DNA of 64,000 nucleotides from Octopus vulgaris (lineage: Eukaryota). A program made the position numbers and the translations under genes. The stretch is from the NCBI GenBank assembly GCA_951406725.2, contig OX597832.1, positions 3,038,001-3,102,000 on the forward strand. Reading direction: 5' to 3'. Below, piece after piece: positions 27,003 to 40,329 of the stretch. Numbering within the stretch: position 1 is the first letter of the stretch; the number at the start of each line of letters is the position of its first letter. Under the pieces are notes generated by a model that did not search any database, was not told the DNA's origin, and saw only the letters and a program-made list of their open reading frames with translations.

Positions 27003-28035
27003 GTAAGGGGTGTTTTTAATTGTTGCTGTTTTATACTCTGAATTTTTTTCATGTTAAGTGTATGATTTTTGCTTATGGTATTTTATGATTTTTTTTTCAT
27101 CTGGTTTACTCAATGCTGTAGATTTACTAATCCCATATTATGAAGTAAGATAATAGATAAAACTGATAGTCTTTACTCATTTATTTTTTATATATCTTAC
27201 TTCTAACATGAATATTGTACCAATATGATTCAATTAATTTTGAAAATAATAATGATATTTAGTAAAATTACTTAAGTTGGTGTTAGGAACACAACTTGAC
27301 ACGGTGTTATTGTATAACATTATGAGATTTATCCCTACTAAAAACTCATGTTATTCATGTACTGACTAATAACGTAAGCCAGGTTGGTATTGAAAAAGGC
27401 TAAATCCTCTGTCAATGCATTCTATTATCGAATGTAGAAATACATGAAAGAAAATTCACAACACTGCACTTTCTTTTGTTGTGGATGTGGATAGCTTTCA
27501 CTCTCCTCAGAGCAAGAATAGGATATCTCTTTCTGAACTCTTTAGAATATTCATATTTTTAGCCTTTGTAAAATTGTATCTAGAAAACTTAGCATTCCTT
27601 TTAGTGATCAGAACACCTATTACTCTGAGCAGTTATCAACACATGTGTTTTCATATTTTAAATTTACAATCAGTAGAAAGTCCTCTGCTTGCTCGAGAAA
27701 TGCTTAGTGACCATGCAGTTGACTTTGCTTTCCCAGCTGCTAGTATTGAAGATAAGCCCTTCAATAAAAATTATTTTTGTTTTTTCTTTTGCACAAGATG
27801 AACTTCTGTAAAAGGATGTAATCAAATGTAATCAGTCTAATATCATTCACACATGGCAGTGTGTGAATCATATTAAGGTGAACTTTTACTCACATGCAGC
27901 CAGTTTGACACTACCTCTAATTCAGTTTTAGCTCAATCTTAATTTGGCTTTTTGCACTATGATCAACCAGTGGTAAGGTACATTTTGACGTAAAATAATT
28001 GATATTTAGTTCAGTAGAAAAAAGTTATAAAAAAT

Positions 28036-28430
28036 GGGAGAGTAATACCTGATATTTACTTTGACTTGTAATTTCTCAGTTATTTGAAAAGCAAGCTGTA
28101 CTTTAATTATGTATTTCTAAAAGAACTCAATGAGTAGAATCTTATGGTGTAAACCCTGTTAACAGAAATTGGATAGAAAAAAGTTATGCAGCTTTAAGTG
28201 ATGAAAAAAAAAAAGTGATAATTTGTTGTTTGACATAAAATAATCGAATGTAGGGCCAAAAGTGGGAGAGTAACACCTAATATTTACTTTGACTTGTAAT
28301 TTCTCAGTTATTTAAAAAAAAAACTATTTTAGTTATGACTAGTTAAAAGAACTCAATGAATACAATCTTTTGGTGAAGACCTTGTTAAAAGATATGTGAT
28401 AGAAAGAAAAAAGTTATGCAGCTTTAAGTA
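28036..28430. repeat. Imperfect tandem duplication of a ~228-bp unit
   Basis: GGGAGAGTAA.ACCT.ATATTTACTTTGACTTGTAATTTCTCAGTTATTT at 28036 and 28264; AAAAAAGTTATGCAGCTTT recurs at ~28177, ~28407 and ~30637. Confidence 0.75.
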
Positions 28431-28469
28431 GCCAAAAAATTGGTGCAGAAACAGTGCAAGGCTGCAGTA

Positions 28470-30100
28470 GAGTTCCCATTAAGAAGCAACCACAACAATT
28501 TGAGGGCAAAGTGTTATGAGAGGCCTACCATGTCCAGTTTGAGCTATTTGTTAACCAGAATGGATGGGACGATGGGCAAAGAGCAGTTCAGTTTGCTACT
28601 TGTTTAAAGGGCACTGCACAAGAGGTACTGAGCCAGTTGTCTGTGGAGGTCAGAAGCTGTTATTCTTAACTAATTGAAGTGTTTGAGAGAAGATATGGTA
28701 CTATGTGCCTCAGTGAAGTGTACAAAGTATGACTTCAGACCCACTTAAGGGCTAGAGGAGAATCACTATAACAGCTTGCCCAGGAACTTTTGGCTCTTGT
28801 GGTGAAAGAGCAGTTATTTGACTCTTTGGGCAGTGCAGTTCAAGTGAAATGAGCACAACTGAACACTATGCAAGAGGCATTGGCTAGAGCTCTGGAATTT
28901 GAGTTGTATGTAAGGTCTAGCACAGGAAGATTCCAGCTGGACTACTGTTCGAGATTCAAAGCAAGGAAAAGGCAAGTATGTAAAGCAGGAGAATTTAATG
29001 AAAGTTGTTGGTACTGTGAGAAGGTCAGACATAAAAGAGAAAGCTGTTTGAAGAAGAAAGAACAAGAGACAGGACACAAGATGCAAGATTATTACATCCT
29101 GAAGAGAGAGCGACGGTAGGATGATGGTAAAAAGTTCACACTTAGGAGAAAGTGTGAGACATGTGGTGGAAAGGAACATCTTGGTTTTAACTGCCCTACA
29201 CTAAAGAAGGATAGTAAGAAGGTAACGAAAGACAAAGAGTCGGAAAACTAGAAGGGGCTGGTGTCAAGGGGCATCTGTCAACTAAATATTCCAAAGAAGC
29301 CCCAACCCCTAGAAGATGTAAAAGGTCTGTAATTGACAACATACAAGTGCATGGTAGAATTGATGGCCAGAAGTGTCATCTTGTGATTAATTCAGCCTCA
29401 GTTCAGTTTTTTGTGGGGACCCAAGATGTTACAGCATCAAAACTTACTAGAGTCATCAGGACAGTTGTGTGGTGTTACCAGGCACTCTACTGAACTGAGA
29501 GGACCAGTTGATGTCCTGATTGAAGTTGCAGGACAAAAGGTCAAACTTCCAGTCTGTGTGGTGGGGATGGAGTATTCTTGTCTCTTAGGTCTGGACTACT
29601 TAGCGTCTATGGAATGTCAACTGTACTTCTGCTCCATGAATCTTTGGGTGAAAGCAAAAATCTGTCCCTGTCAAGGTGGTAAAGCAGACTATTACTGATG
29701 ATGAAGGCAAGCTGGCAGAAACGTTTGCGTGCCGGGCGAAATGCTTAACGGTGTTTCATCTGTCGTTACGTTCTGAGTTCAAATTCCACCGAGGTCGACT
29801 TTGCCTTTCATCCTTTCGGGGTCGATAAATAAAGTACCAGTTTCACACTGGGGTCGATGTAATCGACTCAATCCATTTGTCTGTCCTTGTTTGTCCCCTC
29901 TATGTTTAGCCCCTTGTGGGTAGTAAAGAAATATATTACTGATGATGAAGTGAAAGTGTTAGGGACAACAGTGATCCCACCGAAATTGAGACTACTGCTC
30001 TAGTGTAGTGTGAAGCACCATATTGACACAGGAGATCATCACCCAATTGAACAACTGGCTCCAAAGATGGTGCCAGCGCAGCCTAAAGAAATGCTTTGAA
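28470..30100 (+). mobile_element. Degenerate Ty3/Gypsy internal region (gag with two zinc knuckles, protease, start of pol)
   Basis: QFEGKVL*EAYHVQFELF..QNGWDD; CWYCEKVRHKRESC; CETCGGKEHLGFNC; CLLGLDYL; VKHHIDTGDHHPI; many stops. Confidence 0.78.
29707..29933 (+). mobile_element. tRNA-derived SINE with Nin/Deu-like domain, inserted in the Gypsy relic, 17-bp TSD
   Basis: TSD TATTACTGATGATGAAG at 29690-29706 and 29934-29950; GAGTTCAAATTCC box B; GCCTTTCATCCTTTCGGGGTCGATAAATAAAGTACCAG. Confidence 0.9.
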
Positions 30101-32157
30101 AGAGAAGTCAATACAGAAAGATGTCTGTGAAATAAGAGAAATGTTAAGTCAGAATTGCAAAATGTTTGTTAAAACTTTGTAGAGGAGACCAAATCCTTCC
30201 ACGAAGTCAAAGAAAAGGATACACAGTGAACAGCCAACTGTCAAAAAGTAAATTTCAACTGATCTGGAAAATTAACGAACTAAAGGCAAATATGTTGGGG
30301 GGAAAAAAATGACCTGAGAAATTAATGAACTTTGAACACATTATTGATTAATGAAATTTGAACACAGCTTTCTGGTTTTGCAAATGAATACAGAAAAGAT
30401 AATTATTTGTGGTCACATGACTGTTTAAAGCATAGTTGGTATGATTTTGGTGTGCCTTTTACTGTATGAGCGAACTATAAATACTACCATTGAGCACGTG
30501 GCAAGTTTAGTTGTGCAGCTTTAACTAGCCACAAAAATTGTTAAGTAAACTTAAAATATCTCAGCTATTTGTGTCCAAATGAAAGATCTCTACCAAACGT
30601 ATCTATTTTTTGATAACCCCATAATATTTTAAAGAGAAAAAAAGTTATGCAGCTTTCAGTAATTAACAGTTGTAAATGTCTTGCAATTACAAAGATACTC
30701 AAATGATAGCTTGTCAATACAAGGCAAACAGAAAATCCAATCTATAATTGTTTTGTTTTTTAGTCTACCTTCTCTCCTAACCCATTTGATTCCTCATTGC
30801 TCATAGTTAGTGCTTTATATTTTTTTTCATCATTGCTCTCTTTTTAAAAAATTTTATTTCTGATAAATATTAATTAAAAAGTTAATTCTAAATAGGCAGA
30901 TTTCATAGTACTCATTGTAAAAAAAAAAAGTGCTATTCAATTTAGAATTTCTAACAAAAATGAATAGGTATCAATTATTGATCAGTAAGATAATTAATAA
31001 TATGAAAAAGCTAAATTTATTATTAGAATAAAAATTAATTTTCCTACATTGCTTGTAAAAAAAAGTGGACTAGAATGAAAAACGCAAGCAAGGGATCAAG
31101 ATATTCCTAAGTATTTAATAAAACTGGAAAAATACGGGACAAGCAGTAAACCTAAAATAAAAGAAAAGAGCTTAAAAATATTGCAGCTAAAATAAAATTT
31201 CAATGCATTGCCAATTAAATAAAATATTCAAATAAACCAAGCCATTTAATACTGATCAACCATCTTTTGCTCAAATTATTTCACTTTTGCTAAGCTTGAC
31301 TGTAAATAAATTTTGAATTATTTTAATATATGAAAATAAAGTGATTACTGCCATAATATTTTGTTACGTTAATAGTTAAAATTTTTTACATATGTAAAGA
31401 AAGTAGGTAAGTAAATTAAATGTTAGACTATAGTACAATTTAAGACTATTTAAGTAATCAAATGTTTTCTTTGTTCTATTTTTGACAAAATTACTTTACT
31501 TTTAAAACTTTGATTTTTAGTTAGTTAACTGTTTGCCAGTTCATTTTACTGTTAGGTAAATCTAAGTTTCCTCAAATAAATGTAGATGTCATAGAGGTAA
31601 TCACAATGAAAGAAATAAATATCATCTTTATAACATTGTATTAATAATAAATAAACAAAAATGAATCTCTATTTCAAAAATCTTAAAACAATATTTGATA
31701 CATGGGGATTTATGATAAAGCATCAGATTATTTTTATTGAATTTTATATTTAGTAACAGTATTTTTAGCTCTTTTATTTTAGGCTTACTTCTTGGATGAA
31801 AGATGGTTGATCAGTATTGAATGGCTTGGCTTATTTGAATATTTTATTTAATTGGCAAGCCGTATTCTAGCTGTAATATTTTAAGCTCTTTTCTTTTATT
31901 TTAGGCTTACTTCTTGTCCTGTATTTTTCCAGGTTTATTAAATACTTAAGAATATTGTTATCCCTTGCTCACATTTTTCATTCTAGTATTATTGTTGATA
32001 TTTTGTTATTGCATTCAGATGCATGAAAGGGAAAATAAACATTTTTGCAATTCGAACATACTACCTACTAAAATAAAGCTAAATACTAAAAGGTCCTGAA
32101 TTTACTTTCTCTACCTATTCCATTATCTAAATTCTGTCTTTCTCACTTAATTTTCAG

Positions 32158-32301
32158 GTCCTAGAAGCAGCATCTAAATGCTATGAGTGTTTGTGTAGTG
32201 AAGAATATGCTATTGGAGGAAAATGTGATGTAGCTAAAAAAACTTTGGTTGATAATCTTGTTTCTAAATTTAAAGAATCTATGCAAGATTTTTTTGCTGA
32301 A
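32158..32301 (+). CDS. STAG1: SA/STAG exon (VLEAASKCYECLCSEEYAIGGKCDVAKK...QDFFAE)
   Basis: tttcag acceptor, gtaagt donor, phase 0/0. Confidence 0.95.
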
Positions 32302-32686
32302 GTAAGTAAGATATCGAACATCTCGTTAATTTTTGTTTTCTCAAGAAATATTTACAATTATTGCTGCTTCCAGTCATTGTAACTCTCATTCGTGTATTTA
32401 CATAGCATTTAACTTGATTGGAAAGCTTTAATATTATTAATGAAAAATTAAATGTTTTTATAAATAATGATAATAATAATCCTCTCTACCTAAGGCACAA
32501 GGCCTGAAATTTTTGGGGAAAGATAAAAGGCAAAGTCAACCTTGGTTGAATTTGAACTCAGAATGTGAAGCTGGAAGAAATGTAGTGAAGCATTTTGTCT
32601 GGTATGCTAACAGTTCTGTTAGTTTGCCATCTTAATAATAATAATGATAATAATAATTAAAAAGAATATTTTTTTTGTATTTTCAG

Positions 32687-32757
32687 GGTGAACAACCTGA
32701 TGAAGACGAAACTTTTGCTTTGCTTGCTAGTTTGAAGCGAATATATGCTTTTTATTG
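32687..32757 (+). CDS. STAG1: SA/STAG exon (GEQPDEDETFALLASLKRIYAFY)
   Basis: tttcag acceptor, gtaatt donor, phase 0/2. Confidence 0.93.
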
Positions 32758-33883
32758 GTAATTTAAACTATAAATTGTTTTGCTTTACAACTTAAATTTA
32801 GTTCTCTTTTAGGAAAAGCAATAAATTACCAGTCCTCCATCATGTATTTAGAGAAAGTGATTCAATATTTTCTGACAATTTCTGAGACCTTGTCACCAAT
32901 CTGCTACAGAACAATTTCTGATTTTAAATTAATGAGCTCACTATATTCTCTCTATCACAATAGGCCCATATTTTTCTATTTTTTTCCCCAATAGGTTTCT
33001 TAACAAAGGATATTTTGGCTACAACATGCCATAAATTCATATTTAACAAAATAACATAGTATTTTCTTCTTTTTGTCTGTTAGTCACACAATGTGTCACA
33101 TGCTCTACCCATTTAGTAAGGTAATACAGTATGTCGTATGTTCAGTGTACCTAGTTCACTTGGGGCTATATTTTACTCTCTGTGATAGCAGCATCTGTCT
33201 CACATCTTTCTCTCTCTCATTACACTTTTCTTCTTCCTCTTTATAGTTGGGTACAGACACATAAATTCGATTTTTGATGAAAAAAAGGCAGCATTTTCCC
33301 ACTTGTCTTGCAAATCTCATTTCTAATTCTCACTCTGCCAGCAATACTTTTTAAGTTTGCTAAATATAATCTGACAATGTTAATTACCAAGATAGATGCT
33401 GTAAATATTCTAGATTAAGAAAATTTTCATTATCAAGCATTTAGCAGCAGAATACAATTACAAAAAAAAACTTATTATTTTACTTCTATACTGATTAGTT
33501 TATTTCTGAGCATCTACTTACTGGTTAATATGATGGAACTAAGCAGATAAACCAAGTCACAGTTGATTTAGCTCATGACAATTGCAATCTTCTGTTTGCA
33601 AACAATGTGCTGGTTACCAAGTCTGTGTTAGAACTAAAATCTGTAAAATTATCTGCATGGGTGATGATTTTAACTTACTTGTTTTCAGGAGTTGTTGTTT
33701 TGATGACATAAAAATTGAAGAATTATGCAGATTATGCAGCTTTCACAGAGAACTCCTATTCTTATGGTTCTGCTTTCAGATTACTGACTCTCTGAACCTC
33801 GCCTTTTTCTTGGCTTCACTTCAAATACACTGCTAACCTTCTTTGGAACAGTGGTATCTTAGAGCTTTTACAAAATACATTGG

Positions 33884-34560
33884 TTGACCATATCAAAGAT
33901 CTTTGTTAATGCCTTTCATATGACTGACCACATCAACTCTGCTTTATCTGTTCTGACCCCTACTCACCTTCAGATCAACATGTCAGATGAGTTGAATAGG
34001 GCTTGGAAGTGGTATCAAAACTGGCAGATATACGATTAGTCAGATGGAATTTGCAGATGACATGGCCCTACTCAAATCATCTGACATGTTGATCTGATGG
34101 TGAGTAGGGATCGGAATAGATAAATCAGTTGCTGTGGTCAGTCATAAGAAAGACATTAACCAAGATCTTTGATATGGTCAAACGATGTGACAGTGTACAC
34201 TCTTGGCAGAGCCCAACACCCACATTGAATAGGTTCAACTTATTACTATTTATCCAAACACAAATCCTAGAGCATTTGTATAGGTACTTAAAGGCAACAG
34301 GAAGCTGTCCATTGATCGTGTACTTCTGCAGAATCTTTCACAAGATCCATGGGAAGCACCCGCATGCCTTTTTAAGGTCAACAAAACAAGCATACACCTC
34401 TTGATCATACTCCCATGACTTCTCAAAAACCTGCTGTGGTGTGAATATATGGTCGGCTGTGCTTTGTCCAGGGCAAATAGCACAGCTCAGCAGTTAACTT
34501 GGACTCAATAATATCCCTACATCTCTTTGTCAGACATCCAGCTTAGACTTTACTGGGAGG
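33884..34560 (-). mobile_element. Degenerate RTE-like RT fragment with an internal fold-back inversion
   Basis: Minus strand EKSWEYDQEVYACFVDLKKA...NVGVGLCQECTLS; FADD motif on + strand inside a hairpin with ~118-bp arms. Confidence 0.65.
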
Positions 34561-35222
34561 CTTAATGAGATCCCTCTATAATTAGAGAAATCTCTCGTTT
34601 TGAAAATTGGGATTATCATTCCTGATTGCCACTGCTACTCTTAACTGAGCGATCACTGCTCTGAATCTATGGCCATGTAGTAAGAATGTCTTGGGAAAGA
34701 ATCGTGGGACGGGTTTTATGAGTAAAACCAACCAGTAGGAGACCCAAGGGTGGGCAACATCCATGAGCTTGGGTGGTCTCGCTTGGGGATCCAGCTGGAT
34801 CAATTAGAGACAGTGACTTCTAACAGGACCAGATAGAAGGCATGCTTGAGGATTCTTTCTCCATGACCTTCCTAGGAATTAGCTGGCAAAGATAATGAGA
34901 TGAGATATAAATGATGGAAATTCTGATTCATTGAAACACAATTCAGGTTCAGAATTACAGTTCAGATCTCCTCTTTTGCAGTAAACCATCACATTTTATA
35001 ACAGTTTCTGTGTAGCACTTCTGTCTTTACATAAGTTTAACAATGATACAACTAATTTCTCATGCTCTTTTAAATATTTATCTTTCATAAGAAATGGATT
35101 TCTTTTCTCCAAATTTTCTATGGAGCATATAATTAGGTATTAAAAAGAATCAAAATTACAATTTAAGAAATATCTATACTGTTTTACATATATACATACT
35201 TATGTCATCTTCCTCATGTGTA

Positions 35223-35277
<55 letters not shown>

Positions 35278-35390
35278 GCGCCCTTTTAAAGCCTAGTCAG
35301 GCTCATGGGCCCCGTTTCCGGGTTTCTATGGTGTATGTGTTCCCCAACTGGATGGGATGCCAGTCCACACACACACATATATATACATAT

Positions 35391-35531
35391 GAAATCAAAT
35401 CAAGTAAATGATATTTTGAATGCATTTCAGATAGTTGTGCAGTAGATAAGAGAATAGTTTCATCTCGTAACGCAATTATCTGAAACATACATGTTAAATG
35501 CATTCAAAATATTATTACTTGGTTTGACTTC
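35391..35531. repeat. Palindromic (fold-back) element
   Basis: GAAATCAAATCAAGTAA.TGATATTTTGAATGCATTT pairs with AAATGCATTCAAAATATTATTACTTGGTTTGACTTC. Confidence 0.75.
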
Positions 35532-35781
35532 AGTTTTTTACATTATATGACTCTATATCCTGTATAAGCTAACCAGTCCTCATATACCCATTCACAAGGA
35601 TGCTATAACAAAGATTTGGAGTGGTTTGTTCTATTCGAGTTGGAAATTCCAGTAATGTTCATTGCTTCTAAACATAACATGAATTTTATATTTATATATA
35701 TTGCATAGGCATTGTGAGACCTGGTGATAAACTCAATATACATATGCTTCAGAATGAAATGTTAGTTGAGTACAGAGCAGA

Positions 35782-36012
35782 AATAAGAAAATAAGATGAC
35801 AAAGCTATAAAAGATTATCTTATGAACTTCAGTAGCTTACAGCTTTTTCTGTTATAAGATGCAGTGGACTCAGTTGAATGCCTAAGTAACACCTTGTAGC
35901 TTCATTGGAGCTTTACTCACTTCTGAGTCCACTGCATCTTATAGCAGAAACAACTGTAAGCTAATGAAGTTCATAAAATAATCATTTATTCCTTTGTCAT
36001 CTCATTCTCTTA
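35782..36012. repeat. Palindromic (fold-back) element with ~90-bp arms
   Basis: TATGAACTTCAGTAGCTTACAG..TATAAGATGCAGTGGACTCAG pairs with CTGAGTCCACTGCATCTTATA..CTGTAAGCTAATGAAGTTCATA. Confidence 0.85.
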
Positions 36013-36074
36013 TATATGTGTGTATTCCTGTTAATTTATTTTTATTCTAAAAGGTGGATTTTTCTTCTCCACAG

Positions 36075-36162
36075 TTGCCATGATCTGAATACCTGGGAAC
36101 TTTGGGATGATGTTTTTCATATTGTCAAAACAGCGAATGAAAATAATGCTATTCCTGAAGAG
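36075..36162 (+). CDS. STAG1: SA/STAG exon (CHDLNTWELWDDVFHIVKTANENNAIPEE)
   Basis: ccacag acceptor, gtagaa donor, phase 2/0. Confidence 0.92.
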
Positions 36163-36799
36163 GTAGAATTTATATTTCAATGATTTTCCTTTATTATTTC
36201 TGAGATGGCTCAGAAATGTATCACAGAATGTAATTGTATTCTTAGCATTCTCTTCAGTTTTCATCCCTTTTGCATGGATAAAATATGTACCAGTAATATA
36301 CTGGATTTAAATTCATATGTGTATATACTCTTACAAAGATTAATCCTTTGTCTATGTAAGAAACCAACATTTCTAAAATATTTTTATGCTGATTCACTTG
36401 ATTAGTTTCTCTTCATAGGTTCCATTCTTACAGCTGTAATGAAAGAGTATCAGTAAGCAAACTTTGTGGTGGTTTTTTTAATCAGGTGGTAGGAAATTTT
36501 GAATCATATATAAGTTTTAGGAAGTGAATTTTTATTTCACTTTAGGGGAAGTTTCATTGATTTATGTAAAAAGGAAATTACTGCAAATTATAACGTAATG
36601 GTTATAGCATTAACAGTTGCAGTTGTTAACATATTTTTCATTGAATTGTCATAGTTATATAACAATGTTTTATACATTCACAAACTCATGGTAGGTCATC
36701 TTCATTTTATGTATGTCTTGCCACTCAGCCCAGTCCTTCTTCATCAGGCACATAAAGCAACCAAAATAATTGGTCATTTACACACACACATTATATAGG

Positions 36800-39033
36800 G
36801 AATCATATCAGATAGCCAGGAGGCAGGTATATTTAGACGGGGAAGTAACAGAAAAGATGTTTGCCAATGTTCTGTGACATGAGAACCAGAGACTTGAAGT
36901 GTTTTGGATTGCAAGACAATATGTGAGAGAAAATTGTGATGTCATAAGAGAGAAATGTGTCTGCATGGATGATTGTTCACTTGCATTTAATGATTCTGCA
37001 AAGAAAGAGGCTTGGAAACACCATTATGAAAGGCTGCTAAATGTAGAGAATGAATGGAAGAAAGAGAGTCTGCCAAATGCTGGTCCAACTGAGTGACCAG
37101 CTATCTGAATTGACAGTAGCTTGGTAGATAAAGCAATTAAGGATATGAAGACAGGAAAAGCCCTTGGCCCATCAGGAATCACTGCTGAGGTGTAGGTTAT
37201 GGTCTAGACACCTGTATAGTTAACTAGATGGTACACGAAGGAGTCATACCCAATGACTGGTGTAGCAGCACCATAGTCAACTGCTACAAAGGCAAAGGTG
37301 ATACTTTAGATAGAAAGAAATACAGAGATATCAAATTGTTGGATCAGGTAATGAAAGTCACGGAGAGGGTCAGAGAGAGAGTTAGTCTAGATGAGATGCA
37401 GTTTGGTCTTGTGCTAAGGAGAAGTACCACTGATGCTATATTTCTGGTAAGGCTGCAAGAGAAATACATAGCCAAAGATAAACCTCTGTACTTGGCTTTT
37501 GTTGACATGGAGAAAGCTTCAGACAGGCTCCGCCGATCCCATATCTGGCAGTCAATGTGGGCAGAAACTAGGGATAGGCAAGTGGTTGGTAAGAGCTGTA
37601 CAAACCATGTACAAGGATGTTGTCAGTAAGGTGAGGGTAGGTAACTGGTATAGCGAAGAATTCAGGGTACAAGTCCTCTGCTCCTTCTTGTTCATCATAG
37701 TCCTCCAGGCAATAACAGAGAAATTTAAGACAGGCTGCCCTTGGGAGCTCCTCTATGCTGATGACTTTGTTCTTATAGCTGTATCACTCCCAGAACTAGA
37801 GAAGAAGTTTCAGGTGTGGATGCAAAGTCTAGAATCGAAAAAGTCTTAGTAAGTAGGAAAGCAGACAAATCAAAAGTCCCCTCAGGTAGATAGCCCTGCT
37901 TGATCTGTAGAAAAGGCATAGGTAGAAACTCCATAAGATGTACCTAGTCTAAGCTGTGGACATGAGGTGTAGCAATATCGGAGGAAGGTTAACAGGGAAA
38001 CTAGTTTTTGTGTGCGGAAGGTGCACAGTTAAAATCAACACTAAAAATGTACAGAAAATAGACTCCATCAAATGCCAGGGGAAAAGACTAGTTGTAGTTG
38101 ATAGCTTCTGTTACCTAGGTGACCAAGTCAGTAGCAGAGGTGGTTGCTCTGAGGGCATAGCTGAGAGATTAAGAATAGCCTGGGCAAAGTTCAGAGAGCT
38201 CTTACCTCTGTTGGTAACAAAGGGCCTCTTGCTCAGAGTGTATGATGCTGTGTGCGAAAAGCCATGTTATACAATAGTGAGGCATGGGCTGTGACTGTCA
38301 AGGACATGTGTAGGCTTGAAAGAAATGAAGCTAGTATGCTTCACTGGATGCGCAATGTCAGTTTGTATGCACAATAGAGTGTAAACGTCTTGAGTGAAAA
38401 GTTGGGCATAAGAGGCATCAGATGTGGTGTGCAAGAGAGACGACTACGTTGGTATGGCCATATGATGCATATGGATTTGGACAGCTATGTAATAAGTGCT
38501 GATATCTATCAGTGGAAGGAAGCTGTGGAAGAGGGAAACCCAGGAAGACATGGGATGAGGTGGTGAAGCATGTTCTTCAAACATTGAGCCTCATTCAGGT
38601 AATGACTAGTGACTGAGACCTTTGGTGATATGCTATGCTTGAGGAAGCCTGTCAAGCCAAGTGAAATCATAGTTGTAGGTGTCATGTAATTGGCACCCAT
38701 ACCAATGGCACATAAAAAGCACTTTTCGAGTGCTGGGCCTTACAGAGGCAATGGCAAGTAACCGAGACGTTTGGCAATGTGCTGTGCTTGAGAAGGAAGA
38801 TCCATTAAGCCAAGTGAGATCATAGTCATGGCAGATACTGGTGTCACGTAACTGGCACCTAAAAGCACCCAATATACTCTTGGAGTGGTTGGTGTTAGGA
38901 AGGGCATCCAGCCATAGAAACCATCCCAAGGCAGACAGGAGTCTGGTGCAGCACCTTAGCTTACCAGCCCCGGTCAAACTGTCCAATCCATGCCAGCTTG
39001 GACAAATGGACGCTTAATGATCATGATCATGAT
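36800..39033 (+). mobile_element. Degenerate RTE-clade LINE (RT domain to 3' tail) flanked by 130-150-bp direct repeats
   Basis: IPNDWCSSTIVNCYKGKGD; QFG...STTDAIF; LAFVDMEKA; LLYADD; FCYLGD; 3' tail; flanking repeats at 36651-36779 and 39040-39192. Confidence 0.9.
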
Positions 39034-40329
39034 TTATGAATAGTTATTTAACAATGTTTTATACATTCACAAACTCATGGTAGGTCATCATCATTTTATG
39101 TATGGTTTTTACCATGGTTTAGGCAGTGTCTTGCCACTCAGCCCAGTCTTTCTTCATCAGGCACATAAATCAACCAAAATAATTGGTCATTTTCACAACC
39201 CATGCTAGCATGGAAAGCGGATGCTAAACGATGATGATGATACACACACAGATATACACATATATGCGCGCACACACACACATCTATCTACAAATAGATA
39301 TACACATGTTCATATATATATATAACATGATATTCAAGAAAAATCAATTGAGAATTTTAGAAACTGAACATTGTTCATTTACCCTTTAACCCTCAATCCA
39401 AATTTTACAATTTACCTCCCTACCCCACTTAATTCCAGCTCCCCATACATTCCTGCAAACCACCCACCTACTTCTACTCACCTTGTGCCTTGTTGGACCA
39501 TATAGATACCTCATCGCCATTATCTATCTCTTTGCAGCTCCTACAGATCATTTCTCTTTTCTCCTTCAGTAACCTGCTCTGACCACCCATCCTTCTTCTC
39601 TCATGTTTTAATGTTTGAACTCTCCTGTCTCTTTGTATGAAGCTGACCCCCCCCCCCCCCACCTTCCCAGGTGTTTGTTGACCTGTGAGCTGCTTGGTGA
39701 CCTCAATAGTGCAGATGGCATGAACAAAGCTCCCAGTACCTGCTGTAAAGTGGTTGGCATTGAGAAGTGCATCCAGATGTAGAAACCATACAAATTCAGA
39801 TATTGGAACATGATGGATTCTTTGGAATCTGTCAAACTGCCCAGCCAATGCACATTAAATAATGATGATGGTGATTGCCACCATCTGAGGAAAAAAAATT
39901 GCTGTAATTAATCCAAGAAAGATTACAATGATGTTGAAGAACTGGCTACTGATATGTTAAGATCGAATGGGTTGGGAGAGTTATGGGGTTTCGTTTCTGT
40001 AATATTCTGATGTGTTTCCTATGTATTTAGCTATTGGAGGTAGGCTTGTTACTATAAAAGTTAAAGTAGTCCTACATTGTACTTTATGTATATTCAGTTT
40101 GTCTTTGAATTTCAATATTTTGGTTTTATTGTTTGAGTAATCAATAGGTGCAGTTTATTATGTAGAGAGCATTTCTTTGTGTAATTTGTAAAATACAAAT
40201 GTTTGTGACTAAGTTAATAGGAGCCCAAGTTGAGGTCATAATATTTATCTTTGTTATATTTTGTAGTAGTTTGTGCATATAAATGCTTTTTCTTTGAGTA
40301 TATTTAAATGAAACTATTTACCACTGTAG

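Noticed and set aside
31770-31920. Duplicated acceptor-like TTTTATTTTAG|GCTTACTTCTTG as alternative exons
   Set aside because: No suitable donor, frames close quickly, and the flanking exons already join in phase with no missing SA sequence.
32697-32713. CTGATGAAGACGAAAC hammerhead-like string
   Set aside because: Lies within the coding exon (PDEDET) and cannot form stem II; coincidental.
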